From a virus (lineage: Duplodnaviria > Caudoviricetes), in the IMG/VR virus record IMGVR_UViG_3300049926_000027, positions 1 through 35,892 of that record: a stretch of 35,892 nucleotides of DNA; one strand, 5' to 3'. Positions 22,819-31,405 of this stretch are shown here, one piece after another. The notes under the pieces are model-generated. The model was not told the origin of the DNA, did no database searches, and saw nothing but the letters and a program-made list of their open reading frames with translations. Positions within the stretch are counted from its first letter, which is position 1; every line of letters starts with the position of its first letter. The translations under genes and the position numbers were made by a program.

Positions 22819-24629
22819 TAGATGATCCGGCCCGGCACGTACCTGAGCCCACCAGCGGCGACACGCTGACCGTTCAGCAGGACCGTGAAGGGCACCGGCT
22901 GAGGCGCGATCAGGGTCCAGTGGGTCTTCTGGGAACGGATCGCCGCGATGATGCCGGCCTTCTCCGAACGTGTATCGCCGGACAGGATCGCCAACTTGGT
23001 GTTCGTAGCCGCCGAGTGGCGACTACCGGCCGCCTCGGACCGGCGCACTGCTAGCGCGGTGGCGTTGGCCGCGTTGCGGATGGCGTCGGCCTTGTGCGAC
23101 GCGATGCTCTCCGCACGCTCGGTGACGTGGACGTTCGATGCCGCCAACTGGCCCTCGGCGCGCTGGATGGCGTTCTTGAGCGTCTGCTCCTGGGCTCGGA
23201 CCGAATCCCGGACACCGTCGATGTTGAACTGGAAGGCCGCACCCTCGGCGGAGAAAGAGTTTGTGAGCTCCTTGTCATAGGCGAGGATGCCCGCGAGGCT
23301 GGTCTTCATCTGTTCGAGCGTTGCGGAACCGGCAAAGCCGGTCGTCTGCCCGGTGAGTCCCGCCTCCTGTTGCTTATTGGCCGCGGACTGTTCGTCGAGG
23401 ATGCCCTTGAGCTCCGCGAACACCCCGATCGCGGCACCGACGAGGAAGACCTTGCCGACGGCGCCGACGACCTTCCCGAGCTTGCTGCCGCCACCGGTCG
23501 ACGCGCCGCCGCCGAGTCCACCCGAGACATCGGCCACATACAACGGATTGGCCGGTGTCTCGCCCTTCTGGAAGGCGATCTTGAGCAGCCCACCCGCGCC
23601 CTTGGCGATGTCCAGGGGGCCGATGCCCGTGATCTTCTTGAGTGCGATGGCCCCGACCGCGAGCGCTTGCACCTCGGGCGGCAGGCTCGCGAACAGCTTG
23701 ACCGCAGTGGACACGGCTCCGGCCGCAGTCGTCATCAAGTTCGCCGCGGTCCGCAGGTTGCTCTCGGTGAAGATCGACGCGATCGCGTTGCCGAGCGCCT
23801 CGGCCTGGCCGAGCGTGGCCGGGTCGTTCAGGAAGTGGGTGAGCTGGCCCCTGACCGCCGTGATCGTCGGCAGGAGACCCTTGGCGATGGACTGGTCGAT
23901 GCCTTCGATAGCGTCCTGGAACTTGGCCGCCTGACCGGCATCGCTGGCCGCGAACGCCGCACCCGACCCGCCGAACTCCTTATTGAGCTCGCGCAGGATG
24001 ATCTTCTGTGCCTCGGCGACCTTGCCCTCTTTGACGAACTGCTCGATCCGCTTCTTCTGCTGGGCGTCGAATGTGACGCCGACTCGGGTCAGAGCCGTGA
24101 TGCCCTTCACCGGGTCGTTGAGGGCCTTGCCGAGCTGGATGGCTCCGGACTTCGCGTCGGTGCCCATCGCCGTCGACATATCGGCGAGAACGCCGACAGC
24201 CTGGGTGAAGATATCGTTGCCCTTGCCGGCCTCGTTCCGGACATTCGTGAACGTCAGGAGCATGTTGGCTGCCGACTGGATCTGCTTATCGTCGATGGCC
24301 GTCTTGTCTTCGATGGCGTTCGACAGGTCGCGGATCTGGGCGCTCGTGACGTGCGCCGCTGAGCCGGTCGACTTGATGACGGCGTTTGTCTGGGCGACTA
24401 CCACGCCCTGAGCACGGAGCGAGGTCAGCCCTGCCCCGATCGCTCCGGTGACGCTCTTGACGATGACCGCGGCCCCGATGCCAAGTGCGAGCCCACCGCC
24501 GACCTTGAGCGCCTTGCCCCACTTCGACGGAGCGGCCGCGACCGTTTGATCGGCGTGCTTCATCCCCGCGTCGAAGCCCTTGGTATCGGCTCCGACCTCG
24601 GCTTGGAGCTTCGCCGCAGTGATGCTCAC
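22818..24629 (-). CDS. tape measure protein
   Basis: Ala/Gly-rich helical protein; QLGKALNDPVKGITAL.RVGV.F motif; follows the chaperones. Confidence 0.92.
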   Translation of the reverse strand: MSITAAKLQAEVGADTKGFDAGMKHADQTVAAAPSKWGKALKVGGGLALGIGAAVIVKSVTGAIGAGLTSLRAQGVVVAQTNAVIKSTGSAAHVTSAQIRDLSNAIEDKTAIDDKQIQSAANMLLTFTNVRNEAGKGNDIFTQAVGVLADMSTAMGTDAKSGAIQLGKALNDPVKGITALTRVGVTFDAQQKKRIEQFVKEGKVAEAQKIILRELNKEFGGSGAAFAASDAGQAAKFQDAIEGIDQSIAKGLLPTITAVRGQLTHFLNDPATLGQAEALGNAIASIFTESNLRTAANLMTTAAGAVSTAVKLFASLPPEVQALAVGAIALKKITGIGPLDIAKGAGGLLKIAFQKGETPANPLYVADVSGGLGGGASTGGGSKLGKVVGAVGKVFLVGAAIGVFAELKGILDEQSAANKQQEAGLTGQTTGFAGSATLEQMKTSLAGILAYDKELTNSFSAEGAAFQFNIDGVRDSVRAQEQTLKNAIQRAEGQLAASNVHVTERAESIASHKADAIRNAANATALAVRRSEAAGSRHSAATNTKLAILSGDTRSEKAGIIAAIRSQKTHWTLIAPQPVPFTVLLNGQRVAAGGLRYVPGRII

Positions 24630-25113
24630 TCTGAAACGACCTCAGCCATGCCGGCCTCGGCCTCCGCGACGCGCGCGGTCTCATAGACGTCCTGCCACCA
24701 GACGGGCAGGCGCAGGAACTCATGGGCCGGGATGCCCGCGTAGCGAGCAGTCACGATGACCCTGTACCAGTCAGGCATCTCGCCGAACTTCCCCGCGCTC
24801 GCTAGGAAGCGTCTGAGGTTTCGGCCGTCGTAGGGTCCAGTCCGGCGTCCTGGTAGATCGCCTTCGCGATCGTCCGCATGATCGGCACCGGGAGGTAGGA
24901 CCTGAGCGAATCGGCGTCAGTCGCGATCGGCTTGCCCTTGCCGTTGGTGATGTCGATCGACACGAGCGTCTCGGCGAGCGCCACGTGGACGTCCTGCTCA
25001 TCCCAGGCGATCGTGAGAACGCCTGGGCGATAGGTGATCGGGACCTCTTCCCCGAGGTAGTGCCAGGTGAACGAACGGGTCTCGGCTGCGAGCCGGGCGA
25101 TGGTCAGGCCCAT
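24626..25113 (-). CDS. tail assembly chaperone G (24802-25113) and -1 frameshifted GT form ending at 24626
   Basis: G ends LDPTTAETSDAS*; the -1 frame from GAC CCT ACG reads YDGRNLRRFLAS...MPDWYRV...WWQD.. to a stop overlapping the TMP start. Confidence 0.75.
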
Positions 25114-25115
25114 CT

Positions 25116-26105
25116 CTAGAGGCCCGTCGGGATGAGGTTGGTGACGTTGAACTCGTAGGGCTTGCCCCACGTCGCGTCGTTCACGATGTCGAGGGTCGGC
25201 TCCCAGCCGTACACGCCTTCCCGGTCTGTGTGCTTGGCGATGGTCTTGACCTTGACCGCGATGTCGAGCTGCCAGACCCGTGCGATCGGGGGAGTACCAG
25301 CCTCGAAGGTGTCGCCCGTGGCCTTGAGGCGCAAGAACCGGGTATCACCGGAGCGGAGCAGGTCGAGGAACGCCGCGCCGGCCGCGTCGTGCTCGACGAA
25401 CATCGAGACCGAGGCGTTCGGCACGACTTCGACATGGGTGTCGAACGAGGGGTTGGCCGAGTTGATCGGCCAGATCGGCGCGACGATGTTGCCGAGGTTG
25501 ATCCGGCCCGTGAACGCTCGAAGAAGCTTCGTTCCGCCAAGACCAGCGGCTGTGGTGTCGAGGTAGATGTCGAAGAGCCGGGGCAGGACCGGGTCGAGCA
25601 CCACTGCGGTCGGTGTGGTGGTCAGGGTGATGGCGTCGGTGATCCGCTGGCCGAACCCGGTCCCCGAGATGTCGCAGGAATCGCGGCTGATGTCGATGAC
25701 CAGCGAATCGAAGATGCCGTAGGCGAACTTGTGAGCCCGGACCGAGCCGCCCTTCTCGATGGTGTACGTCGAGTGGGTGTCTTCGGCCGCGTTCTGGGGC
25801 GCGACCGTCCAGAGCTTACCGGTCGAGCCAGCCGCTGACGGCGTGACCTTGCGGATCAGCGAGGACAGGAGGTACACGAAGCCCGAGTAGGTCAGCTTGC
25901 CCGTGTAGTCGAAGGTCGACCATTCCTTGCCGGGGATCGTCAGGGCCGGGTACTTGTGGCCGTCCGGCCGGAACGTGTCGTTGCTGCCCTCGGGGCCGTC
26001 GGTGATCGAGAGATCGTCCAGCACGCGGTTGGCCGCGACTGCGGTCCCCGGTGTGGTCTCGAGCCCGAGTTGTGCTCCCTGCGCGACCGATGCGACGTCT
26101 GTCAT
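25116..26105 (-). CDS. major tail (tube) protein
   Basis: QLGLETTPGTAVAA N-terminal motif; strong SD AGGAG; synteny. Confidence 0.85.
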   Translation of the reverse strand: MTDVASVAQGAQLGLETTPGTAVAANRVLDDLSITDGPEGSNDTFRPDGHKYPALTIPGKEWSTFDYTGKLTYSGFVYLLSSLIRKVTPSAAGSTGKLWTVAPQNAAEDTHSTYTIEKGGSVRAHKFAYGIFDSLVIDISRDSCDISGTGFGQRITDAITLTTTPTAVVLDPVLPRLFDIYLDTTAAGLGGTKLLRAFTGRINLGNIVAPIWPINSANPSFDTHVEVVPNASVSMFVEHDAAGAAFLDLLRSGDTRFLRLKATGDTFEAGTPPIARVWQLDIAVKVKTIAKHTDREGVYGWEPTLDIVNDATWGKPYEFNVTNLIPTGL

Positions 26106-26158
26106 CTGGGTTCTCCTAGTGAGGCGGGGTGGTTTGGTGCTATTCGGTTAGGGCTGGG

Positions 26159-26596
26159 TCATGGCGCCTGGACGAACGCGCGCCAAATAGCGCCGAGCTG
26201 GACATAGCGGACGCCGTTCACCGTTGCCGGTGGCAGGGCCGGTTGGAACTCGCGGTTGACCATGAGGACGCGGATGGATGCGGTGACACCGCCCGCGGCT
26301 TGGAGGAGGAAGTCGATCCGGTCGGCGATCGCCTGGATGGCCTTTTTGCTCGCGCCCTTTCCGACGACCCGGATCCAGTAGAGCGTGTTCACCATCACCC
26401 GATGCGGGCCAACCGCGACGACATCCGCTGCGTCCGCCTGCGCGGAAATGAGGACGAACGGGTAGGTGATCGTCACGCCTTGCGGGGCCTCGTCGACGTA
26501 GATCCGGCCCGCTACCAGCGTGTTCACCCCACCCGCCCCGGTATCGCCGGCCAGCGTGTCGAAGTAGAAATCCTCGAGGCCAATAACTTCGCTCAT
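26159..26596 (-). CDS. tail terminator/completion protein
   Basis: GRIYVDEAPQG..YPFV...IADRIDFLL; synteny. Confidence 0.8.
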   Translation of the reverse strand: MSEVIGLEDFYFDTLAGDTGAGGVNTLVAGRIYVDEAPQGVTITYPFVLISAQADAADVVAVGPHRVMVNTLYWIRVVGKGASKKAIQAIADRIDFLLQAAGGVTASIRVLMVNREFQPALPPATVNGVRYVQLGAIWRAFVQAP

Positions 26597-27054
26597 CGGC
26601 GCCGGTTCCGAGGACGACGGTTGGCGCCTGTTGGCGCAGCCTCACGGGCCGAGTAGCTGATGTTCGGGTTGGCGCTGTTGCCGATCGAACCGGCGATATT
26701 GACGCGCAGCTTCGGCTCGATGGACCGCATCGCCGAATCGAAGCGACCGCGCAGATGCTCCGCGGCGGGGGTCAGGAATGGCTCAGGTCGGGTTGGCTCA
26801 GGTGCGCCGGTTCCGTACTCGGTCCAGACAGCCTTGAAGTCGTCGTACCCGACGATGCCGGTCAGCCCGTCGTCGCTGTATTGTGTCTTGCCCGATTCCT
26901 GGAGAGCGCCGGTCCGGTAGGAGTTGTCGCGCACGGTTTTATCGGATAGGTCGAGGATGCCCTCGGTCGTCTCGAATACGACCTCGCCTACCGAGACGCG
27001 CATCGCCCCGGCAAGCTGCGGGAAGTGGTTGAACACGACGCGTGCCCCGGCCAT
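26593..27054 (-). CDS. HK97 gp10-like neck protein
   Basis: RTGALQES...EYGTG...PEPFLTPA. Confidence 0.8.
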   Translation of the reverse strand: MAGARVVFNHFPQLAGAMRVSVGEVVFETTEGILDLSDKTVRDNSYRTGALQESGKTQYSDDGLTGIVGYDDFKAVWTEYGTGAPEPTRPEPFLTPAAEHLRGRFDSAMRSIEPKLRVNIAGSIGNSANPNISYSAREAAPTGANRRPRNRRR

Positions 27055-27410
27055 CAGAGCGTCTCCGAGCAGAGAACGCGCCTGCTCAGTTCCCACGACC
27101 GCGGACGGAGGGGCAGGGTGACGTCGAAGGTCCGTGAGCCGACCTTGATCCGGTCATTCGCGCCTACATCGGTCCCGGCGGGCAGGGTGATCGTCCACGT
27201 CCCAACGGCGTCGAGCTTGCCGGCGATGACCTGTTCCTTGCCCGATGGAACCGCTACCCGGCAGGCGAACGGCCCGGTCGTGGCCGTCGTGACGGTGTAG
27301 CCGCCGGAGCCATCGGACACCTGCGTATCCCGCTCGATCGTGGCGATGTCGGGCAGCGTTCGGTTGAGGACGGCTCGCATCCTCGTCAGGTCGGCCGTAC
27401 GGAGGAGCAT
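27054..27410 (-). CDS. head closure (head-tail joining) protein
   Basis: DGSGGY...LPAGTDV...DRI.V..RTFDV. Confidence 0.8.
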   Translation of the reverse strand: MLLRTADLTRMRAVLNRTLPDIATIERDTQVSDGSGGYTVTTATTGPFACRVAVPSGKEQVIAGKLDAVGTWTITLPAGTDVGANDRIKVGSRTFDVTLPLRPRSWELSRRVLCSETL

Positions 27411-27412
27411 CG

Positions 27413-27586
27413 TCACCACGTCCCAGCCAATGGCGCATCCCAGACTGTGTCCTCGCCTTCGATGATCCAGAGGCCATCCCGGCGGACATCGGCCGGCTTC
27501 GGAGGCTCCTCCGGGCCTTCGGGTTTCTCTGGCGCGTCGATCCACCAGTGCTGGCGGGGTGCGGGCGGCAGTTGCCAGTCGATCAC
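27413..27586 (-). CDS. 57-aa Trp/Pro-rich protein
   Basis: MIDWQLPPAPRQHWWIDAPEKPEGPEEPPKP...W; GTGA overlap; fills the gap. Confidence 0.55.
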   Translation of the reverse strand: MIDWQLPPAPRQHWWIDAPEKPEGPEEPPKPADVRRDGLWIIEGEDTVWDAPLAGTW

Positions 27587-28155
27587 GGCCCGGTCCCCAC
27601 GTCGCGCGGATCAGACAGGATGCCCGCGATCCGCGGCCCACCCGGCAGAGCCTTGCGGCGGTACTCGGCGGCCTGTGATGCGAGCCCTCTACCGCGCTGG
27701 GAGAGGCTGAACGACTGGCCGTCCTCGGAGAAATCGAAGTCGCCCGAGACCATGCCCTGCCACGCTTCGAGGATCTCCACCGCTGCGCCGTACAGGTCGT
27801 ATGCCTTGCCGGTGATGTAGAGGTTGGGAAGGGTCGACGTGGTGAACGTCCAGTGGCCGGTCATCTCGTCGGAGGTCGCAGGGGTGACGGTGGCGAACGT
27901 CGGGCCGACGATCACGGCGTCGTCTTCCCAGAACCCGTAGGGAGCCTGGTAGTCGAGCCATTGAGCGCCCGTCGTCGAGAGGGTCGCTCGGGGGATGAGT
28001 CGGAGCTGGATTGCGTCCGTCCGGTGATGGTCGAGGGCGTCCTGGAGCTGGTCGTCCGTGAACGTCGACGTCGGAGGCGTGCCCGCGATCTGCGGGTCGC
28101 CGACCATGAACCGGAGACGCGTGATGAGGACGCCCATCGAAGTCCGAGCGGTCAT
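27583..28155 (-). CDS. head-tail adaptor
   Basis: LRFMVGDP...FTDDQLQDAL...YDLYGAAVEILEAW...FDFSEDGQSF. Confidence 0.75.
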   Translation of the reverse strand: MTARTSMGVLITRLRFMVGDPQIAGTPPTSTFTDDQLQDALDHHRTDAIQLRLIPRATLSTTGAQWLDYQAPYGFWEDDAVIVGPTFATVTPATSDEMTGHWTFTTSTLPNLYITGKAYDLYGAAVEILEAWQGMVSGDFDFSEDGQSFSLSQRGRGLASQAAEYRRKALPGGPRIAGILSDPRDVGTGP

Positions 28156-28799
28156 ACGAGCGTCTCCCGCTGGATCTCGGTCAGGACGTCGATCCGGTGA
28201 GCGCCGTGGTTGGTCTTGGCAGGGCCGAGCGCACGGAGGCGGGCATGGCCCGCGACACCGGGAAGCTGCGCGATGGTGAAACCGGCGACGAGGGCTCGGC
28301 GGAAGAAGTAGATGTCCTGCCCGCCGTACTCCGACGGGATGCCCGGCTCGATGAGAACGCCGTCCCGGATGGCGTAAGTCAGGGCTCGGAACCACGGCCG
28401 CTCGAGGGCCTCGAATACGTCGCGGCGGATGAGCGTCGCCCCGAACCCGCACCACTGGATGCTGCCGGCCTTGTTCCGAGCGACACATGCCCAAGACGGG
28501 TCTTCTCCGACCGGGTAGTCGAGCGCCACGATCGGATCCACCGCAAGGGCAGCCATCGACCGAGCCAGTGTGTCCGCGGGCGGGACCGTGTCCTCTTCGA
28601 CGAACCAGACCGCATCGGCTCCGGTCGCCAGCGCCCGCTCCGTGGCCGTCTCGTGGCAGTCAGGGATGGGCAGGTCATGGGTCAGCACCCAGCCACGGAA
28701 GTCGCGGTTGGGTGCCGCTGCCATGTTCGCCATCACGGCCTCGACGGTCCGGCTATGCACCAGACCGCGCGAGGGCGTGACGACAGCGTAGCTAACCAC
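28152..28799 (-). CDS. GT-A fold (GT2-like) glycosyltransferase
   Basis: VVTPSRG, ADAVWFVEED (DxD-like), GFGATLIRRDVF, GQDIYF. Confidence 0.75.
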   Translation of the reverse strand: MVSYAVVTPSRGLVHSRTVEAVMANMAAAPNRDFRGWVLTHDLPIPDCHETATERALATGADAVWFVEEDTVPPADTLARSMAALAVDPIVALDYPVGEDPSWACVARNKAGSIQWCGFGATLIRRDVFEALERPWFRALTYAIRDGVLIEPGIPSEYGGQDIYFFRRALVAGFTIAQLPGVAGHARLRALGPAKTNHGAHRIDVLTEIQRETLV

Positions 28800-28809
28800 T
28801 GGGGACTGG

Positions 28810-29727
28810 TTAGCTCTTGACCAGGACGAGCTTCTCTTCCCGGAGCTTCTTCCAGCCGTACAGGGCTTCGAGCGTGACCCGGACGCCGCCATACGTGGCG
28901 TCATAGGCCAGGACCGACCGGAGCACGACGCCCGACGGGACATCGCGCACGTTGGCCCCGACGGCACCGGAACCGGCTGGCGGCTCGGGCAGCCCACGGA
29001 AGGCGCAGATCAGGCCGTCACGCCGCCAAGCGAAGTTCTTGGTGGAGATCGGGGTCCCGGCCGTGGCCGTGATGAGCTGGGAGACGAGCAGCTCATCGAA
29101 CCCGGCAACGGCGCCGAGGTTCTCCGGGCTCGTGGTGATCTGACCACCGCGGCTGAACGCAGCCCAGTTCTGGATCGCGGTGTCGCCGACGATCGAGACG
29201 ATGTCCTTCGAGGACACCGCCATGAAGCGGTCTCCCGTCGGGGCCTTGTTGTCGGTCAGCTTCTTCCACGCCGAGAGCAGCGTGGCGAATGTCAGGTCGG
29301 TGCCGTAGGTCCCGACCGTATTCGTCGCGGCCTCGGCGACAGCGATGCCGTCGAGCTCGATCTGCTCGGCGAGCGCGATCGCGGCGGCCTCGGAGTAGTT
29401 CCGGATCAGATCCTGGTTGGCCTGCGCCCGGACGATGTCCTCGACGATGAACGACACCGCGTAGTACTTGTCGAGGGTGACCTGGACTTCGGTCTCGCCG
29501 GTCGGCTGGGCGAGGGTGTAGGCGGTGCCGGCACTCTTGGCGCTGGCCGCGAGCGTCCCCGGATAGGGGATGTGGAGGACGTCGCCGACGCTGAACGCGG
29601 CCACGTCCGAGTCCGAGTAGACGCGGGGCGTCAGGACGATGCGGGAACGGAGGATCTCGAGGGCGCTGTTGGCCCAGATCTCCGGGATGAAGTACTGCGC
29701 CTGGGTGACATCGATCGTATTGACCAT
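28810..29727 (-). CDS. major capsid protein (HK97 fold, P22 coat-like)
   Basis: FIPEIWA...GDVLHIP...VTLDKY...ALYGWKKLR; follows scaffold. Confidence 0.9.
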   Translation of the reverse strand: MVNTIDVTQAQYFIPEIWANSALEILRSRIVLTPRVYSDSDVAAFSVGDVLHIPYPGTLAASAKSAGTAYTLAQPTGETEVQVTLDKYYAVSFIVEDIVRAQANQDLIRNYSEAAAIALAEQIELDGIAVAEAATNTVGTYGTDLTFATLLSAWKKLTDNKAPTGDRFMAVSSKDIVSIVGDTAIQNWAAFSRGGQITTSPENLGAVAGFDELLVSQLITATAGTPISTKNFAWRRDGLICAFRGLPEPPAGSGAVGANVRDVPSGVVLRSVLAYDATYGGVRVTLEALYGWKKLREEKLVLVKS

Positions 29728-29734
29728 GAAGGTG

Positions 29735-29804
29735 CTCCCGCGAGTAGGGAGATCCGGATCCGGCGGTCACTCGCACTCCTGCCGGTCGGTGTGGCCTCTC
29801 GGCC
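29735..29804 (-). promoter_or_regulatory. structured leader of the capsid gene (pseudoknot versus anti-SD hairpin)
   Basis: GGCC-GAGA-GGCC tetraloop hairpin; CUCCC/GGGAG; GCGAGUG/UACUCGC. Confidence 0.5.
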
Positions 29805-29808
29805 TGTT

Positions 29809-30462
29809 CTAGTTCGTGATGCGGCCCTCACGTGCGGCCAACTCGATGTCAGCCTTGTTCGCCTGGTAGAAGATCGGGTCTCTGAGCTGCTCTCGGCTGA
29901 ACGTCTTACCAGCGGTGGTCCGACTCGCGGAGCCGGTGCCGAGGTCCGCTGTCCCGCCCGCCGTTGCCGGCTTGAACAGGTCGCCTCGTGAGCCCTTGAA
30001 CTGCGCCACGGCCTCGGTGAGCCCTTCGACCGTGCCGTCGTCCGTGACCCTAAGGGCCGCAAACTCGGACGCCTTGGACGCCAGGTCGAGGACCGAGGGG
30101 TTGATCCCCGCTGCGGCCAGAGCCGATTCGACCTTGGCCTGACGGAGTAGACCGTGAAGGACGGTCCGGACCTCGTTGGCCCCTTCGTCCTTCGCGGCTT
30201 TGAGGGCCTTGTCGGCATCGGAGGCTGTCGCGTTCTGGAGGTCAGACAGCGCCTTCTCGGCCTTGTCAGCTCGGGCCTTCTCGTTGCGGGCGGCTTGCCG
30301 CTCCTCAGCGATGGCTCGCTTGCCGGGATCTCCCAGACCGTCATCGCCCGTCGCGGGCGGCGGTGTCGTCGGGAGATCGGCTGCCGGACTGACCGGCGTG
30401 GTCTGGGCTGGCGTCGCGCCAGCCGCGGCGGGCGTCGCGCCCGTGGATGCGTTGTCAGACAT
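29809..30462 (-). CDS. capsid scaffolding protein
   Basis: LGDPGKRAIAEER motif, coiled coil, ADLG, terminal GRI. Confidence 0.85.
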   Translation of the reverse strand: MSDNASTGATPAAAGATPAQTTPVSPAADLPTTPPPATGDDGLGDPGKRAIAEERQAARNEKARADKAEKALSDLQNATASDADKALKAAKDEGANEVRTVLHGLLRQAKVESALAAAGINPSVLDLASKASEFAALRVTDDGTVEGLTEAVAQFKGSRGDLFKPATAGGTADLGTGSASRTTAGKTFSREQLRDPIFYQANKADIELAAREGRITN

Positions 30463-31405
30463 GGTACGCCTCTTCTCCTATCTGTCTAGGGGTATTTCGC
30501 GCTGGTTCGTGATCTGCCGTCCGGGTGTAGATGTCCGTCAGGGCTGTGACCGTTCGTCGCTCGTCATGGAACATCGCAACGAACGCCTGACCGAGTTCCG
30601 CTTGCGTGCGCTGGAATGCGGGATCGAAGGCAAGCCTTCGGATGGCGTCGCGGATCTCATCCGCGGTCCCGGCCTCGACGAACGGGAACGGTCGGAGTCG
30701 CTCGCTGAGTTCGGGGGCGGCGAACGCACCGATGACCGGGATGCCCATCGCCATGCACTCGATCCCGGACAGCCCATAGCCGTACAGGTTCTGGTCGAAG
30801 TACGCGTCGCAGCGGGCTTTGTCAGCGAGGCTCGCGCCCCACGGCCGACGTTCGGCGATGTAGGACTCGATACCCGGAAGTCCATCCATCGCCTCGATGA
30901 ACTCGGCGGTGCCTTTCATGTGTCGCTGGGTCGGCGTGTGTCCGACCGTGAACGCCCTCCCGACGGTCGGTGCGTACTGCGACCGGAAGCCGCGCAACCA
31001 GTCCACGTTGACCGGATTGGGCAACCAGGCGACCGCCGGGTCCCATCGGAGTAGGTCGACAGTGCTCGCGAACTGAGGAACGCCGTGCTCAGCGGCCCAT
31101 GCCGCGATCGCCTCGTGGTCGTCGCGGTAGATGGTCCCGTGGTGATGCAGGATCGTCGGTTTCGCTCGTCGGTTGACGAGGAAGTGGACGCGCTCCATCG
31201 CGTGGATGACGTCGGCCCATTCGTACCAGTAGTCGAACTCCACGCTCTGCCAGGACACGGTGAGGTCGGTCGGGTAGTCGATGTAGTTGTCATCGGCCCG
31301 GACAGCCCGGACCTCGATGCCGGGACCGTGCCGGTCGAACGCCCGCTTGATCGCGATGGCGACCCCGCCCGTGTCCTCGCCTTCGGAGACGATGAGCACC
31401 TTCAT
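30455..31405 (-). CDS. GT-B fold (GT4-like) glycosyltransferase
   Basis: MKVLIV...DTGG, WADVIH, HHHG, PNPV, KGT, YGLSGIECMAMGIPVI. Confidence 0.8.
   Translation of the reverse strand: MKVLIVSEGEDTGGVAIAIKRAFDRHGPGIEVRAVRADDNYIDYPTDLTVSWQSVEFDYWYEWADVIHAMERVHFLVNRRAKPTILHHHGTIYRDDHEAIAAWAAEHGVPQFASTVDLLRWDPAVAWLPNPVNVDWLRGFRSQYAPTVGRAFTVGHTPTQRHMKGTAEFIEAMDGLPGIESYIAERRPWGASLADKARCDAYFDQNLYGYGLSGIECMAMGIPVIGAFAAPELSERLRPFPFVEAGTADEIRDAIRRLAFDPAFQRTQAELGQAFVAMFHDERRTVTALTDIYTRTADHEPARNTPRQIGEEAYHV

Noticed and set aside
19720-24362. Long plus-strand ORFs (827 aa, 422 aa and others) antisense to structural genes
   Set aside because: Shadow ORFs expected from high-GC codon bias; Arg-rich, with no motifs or RBS.
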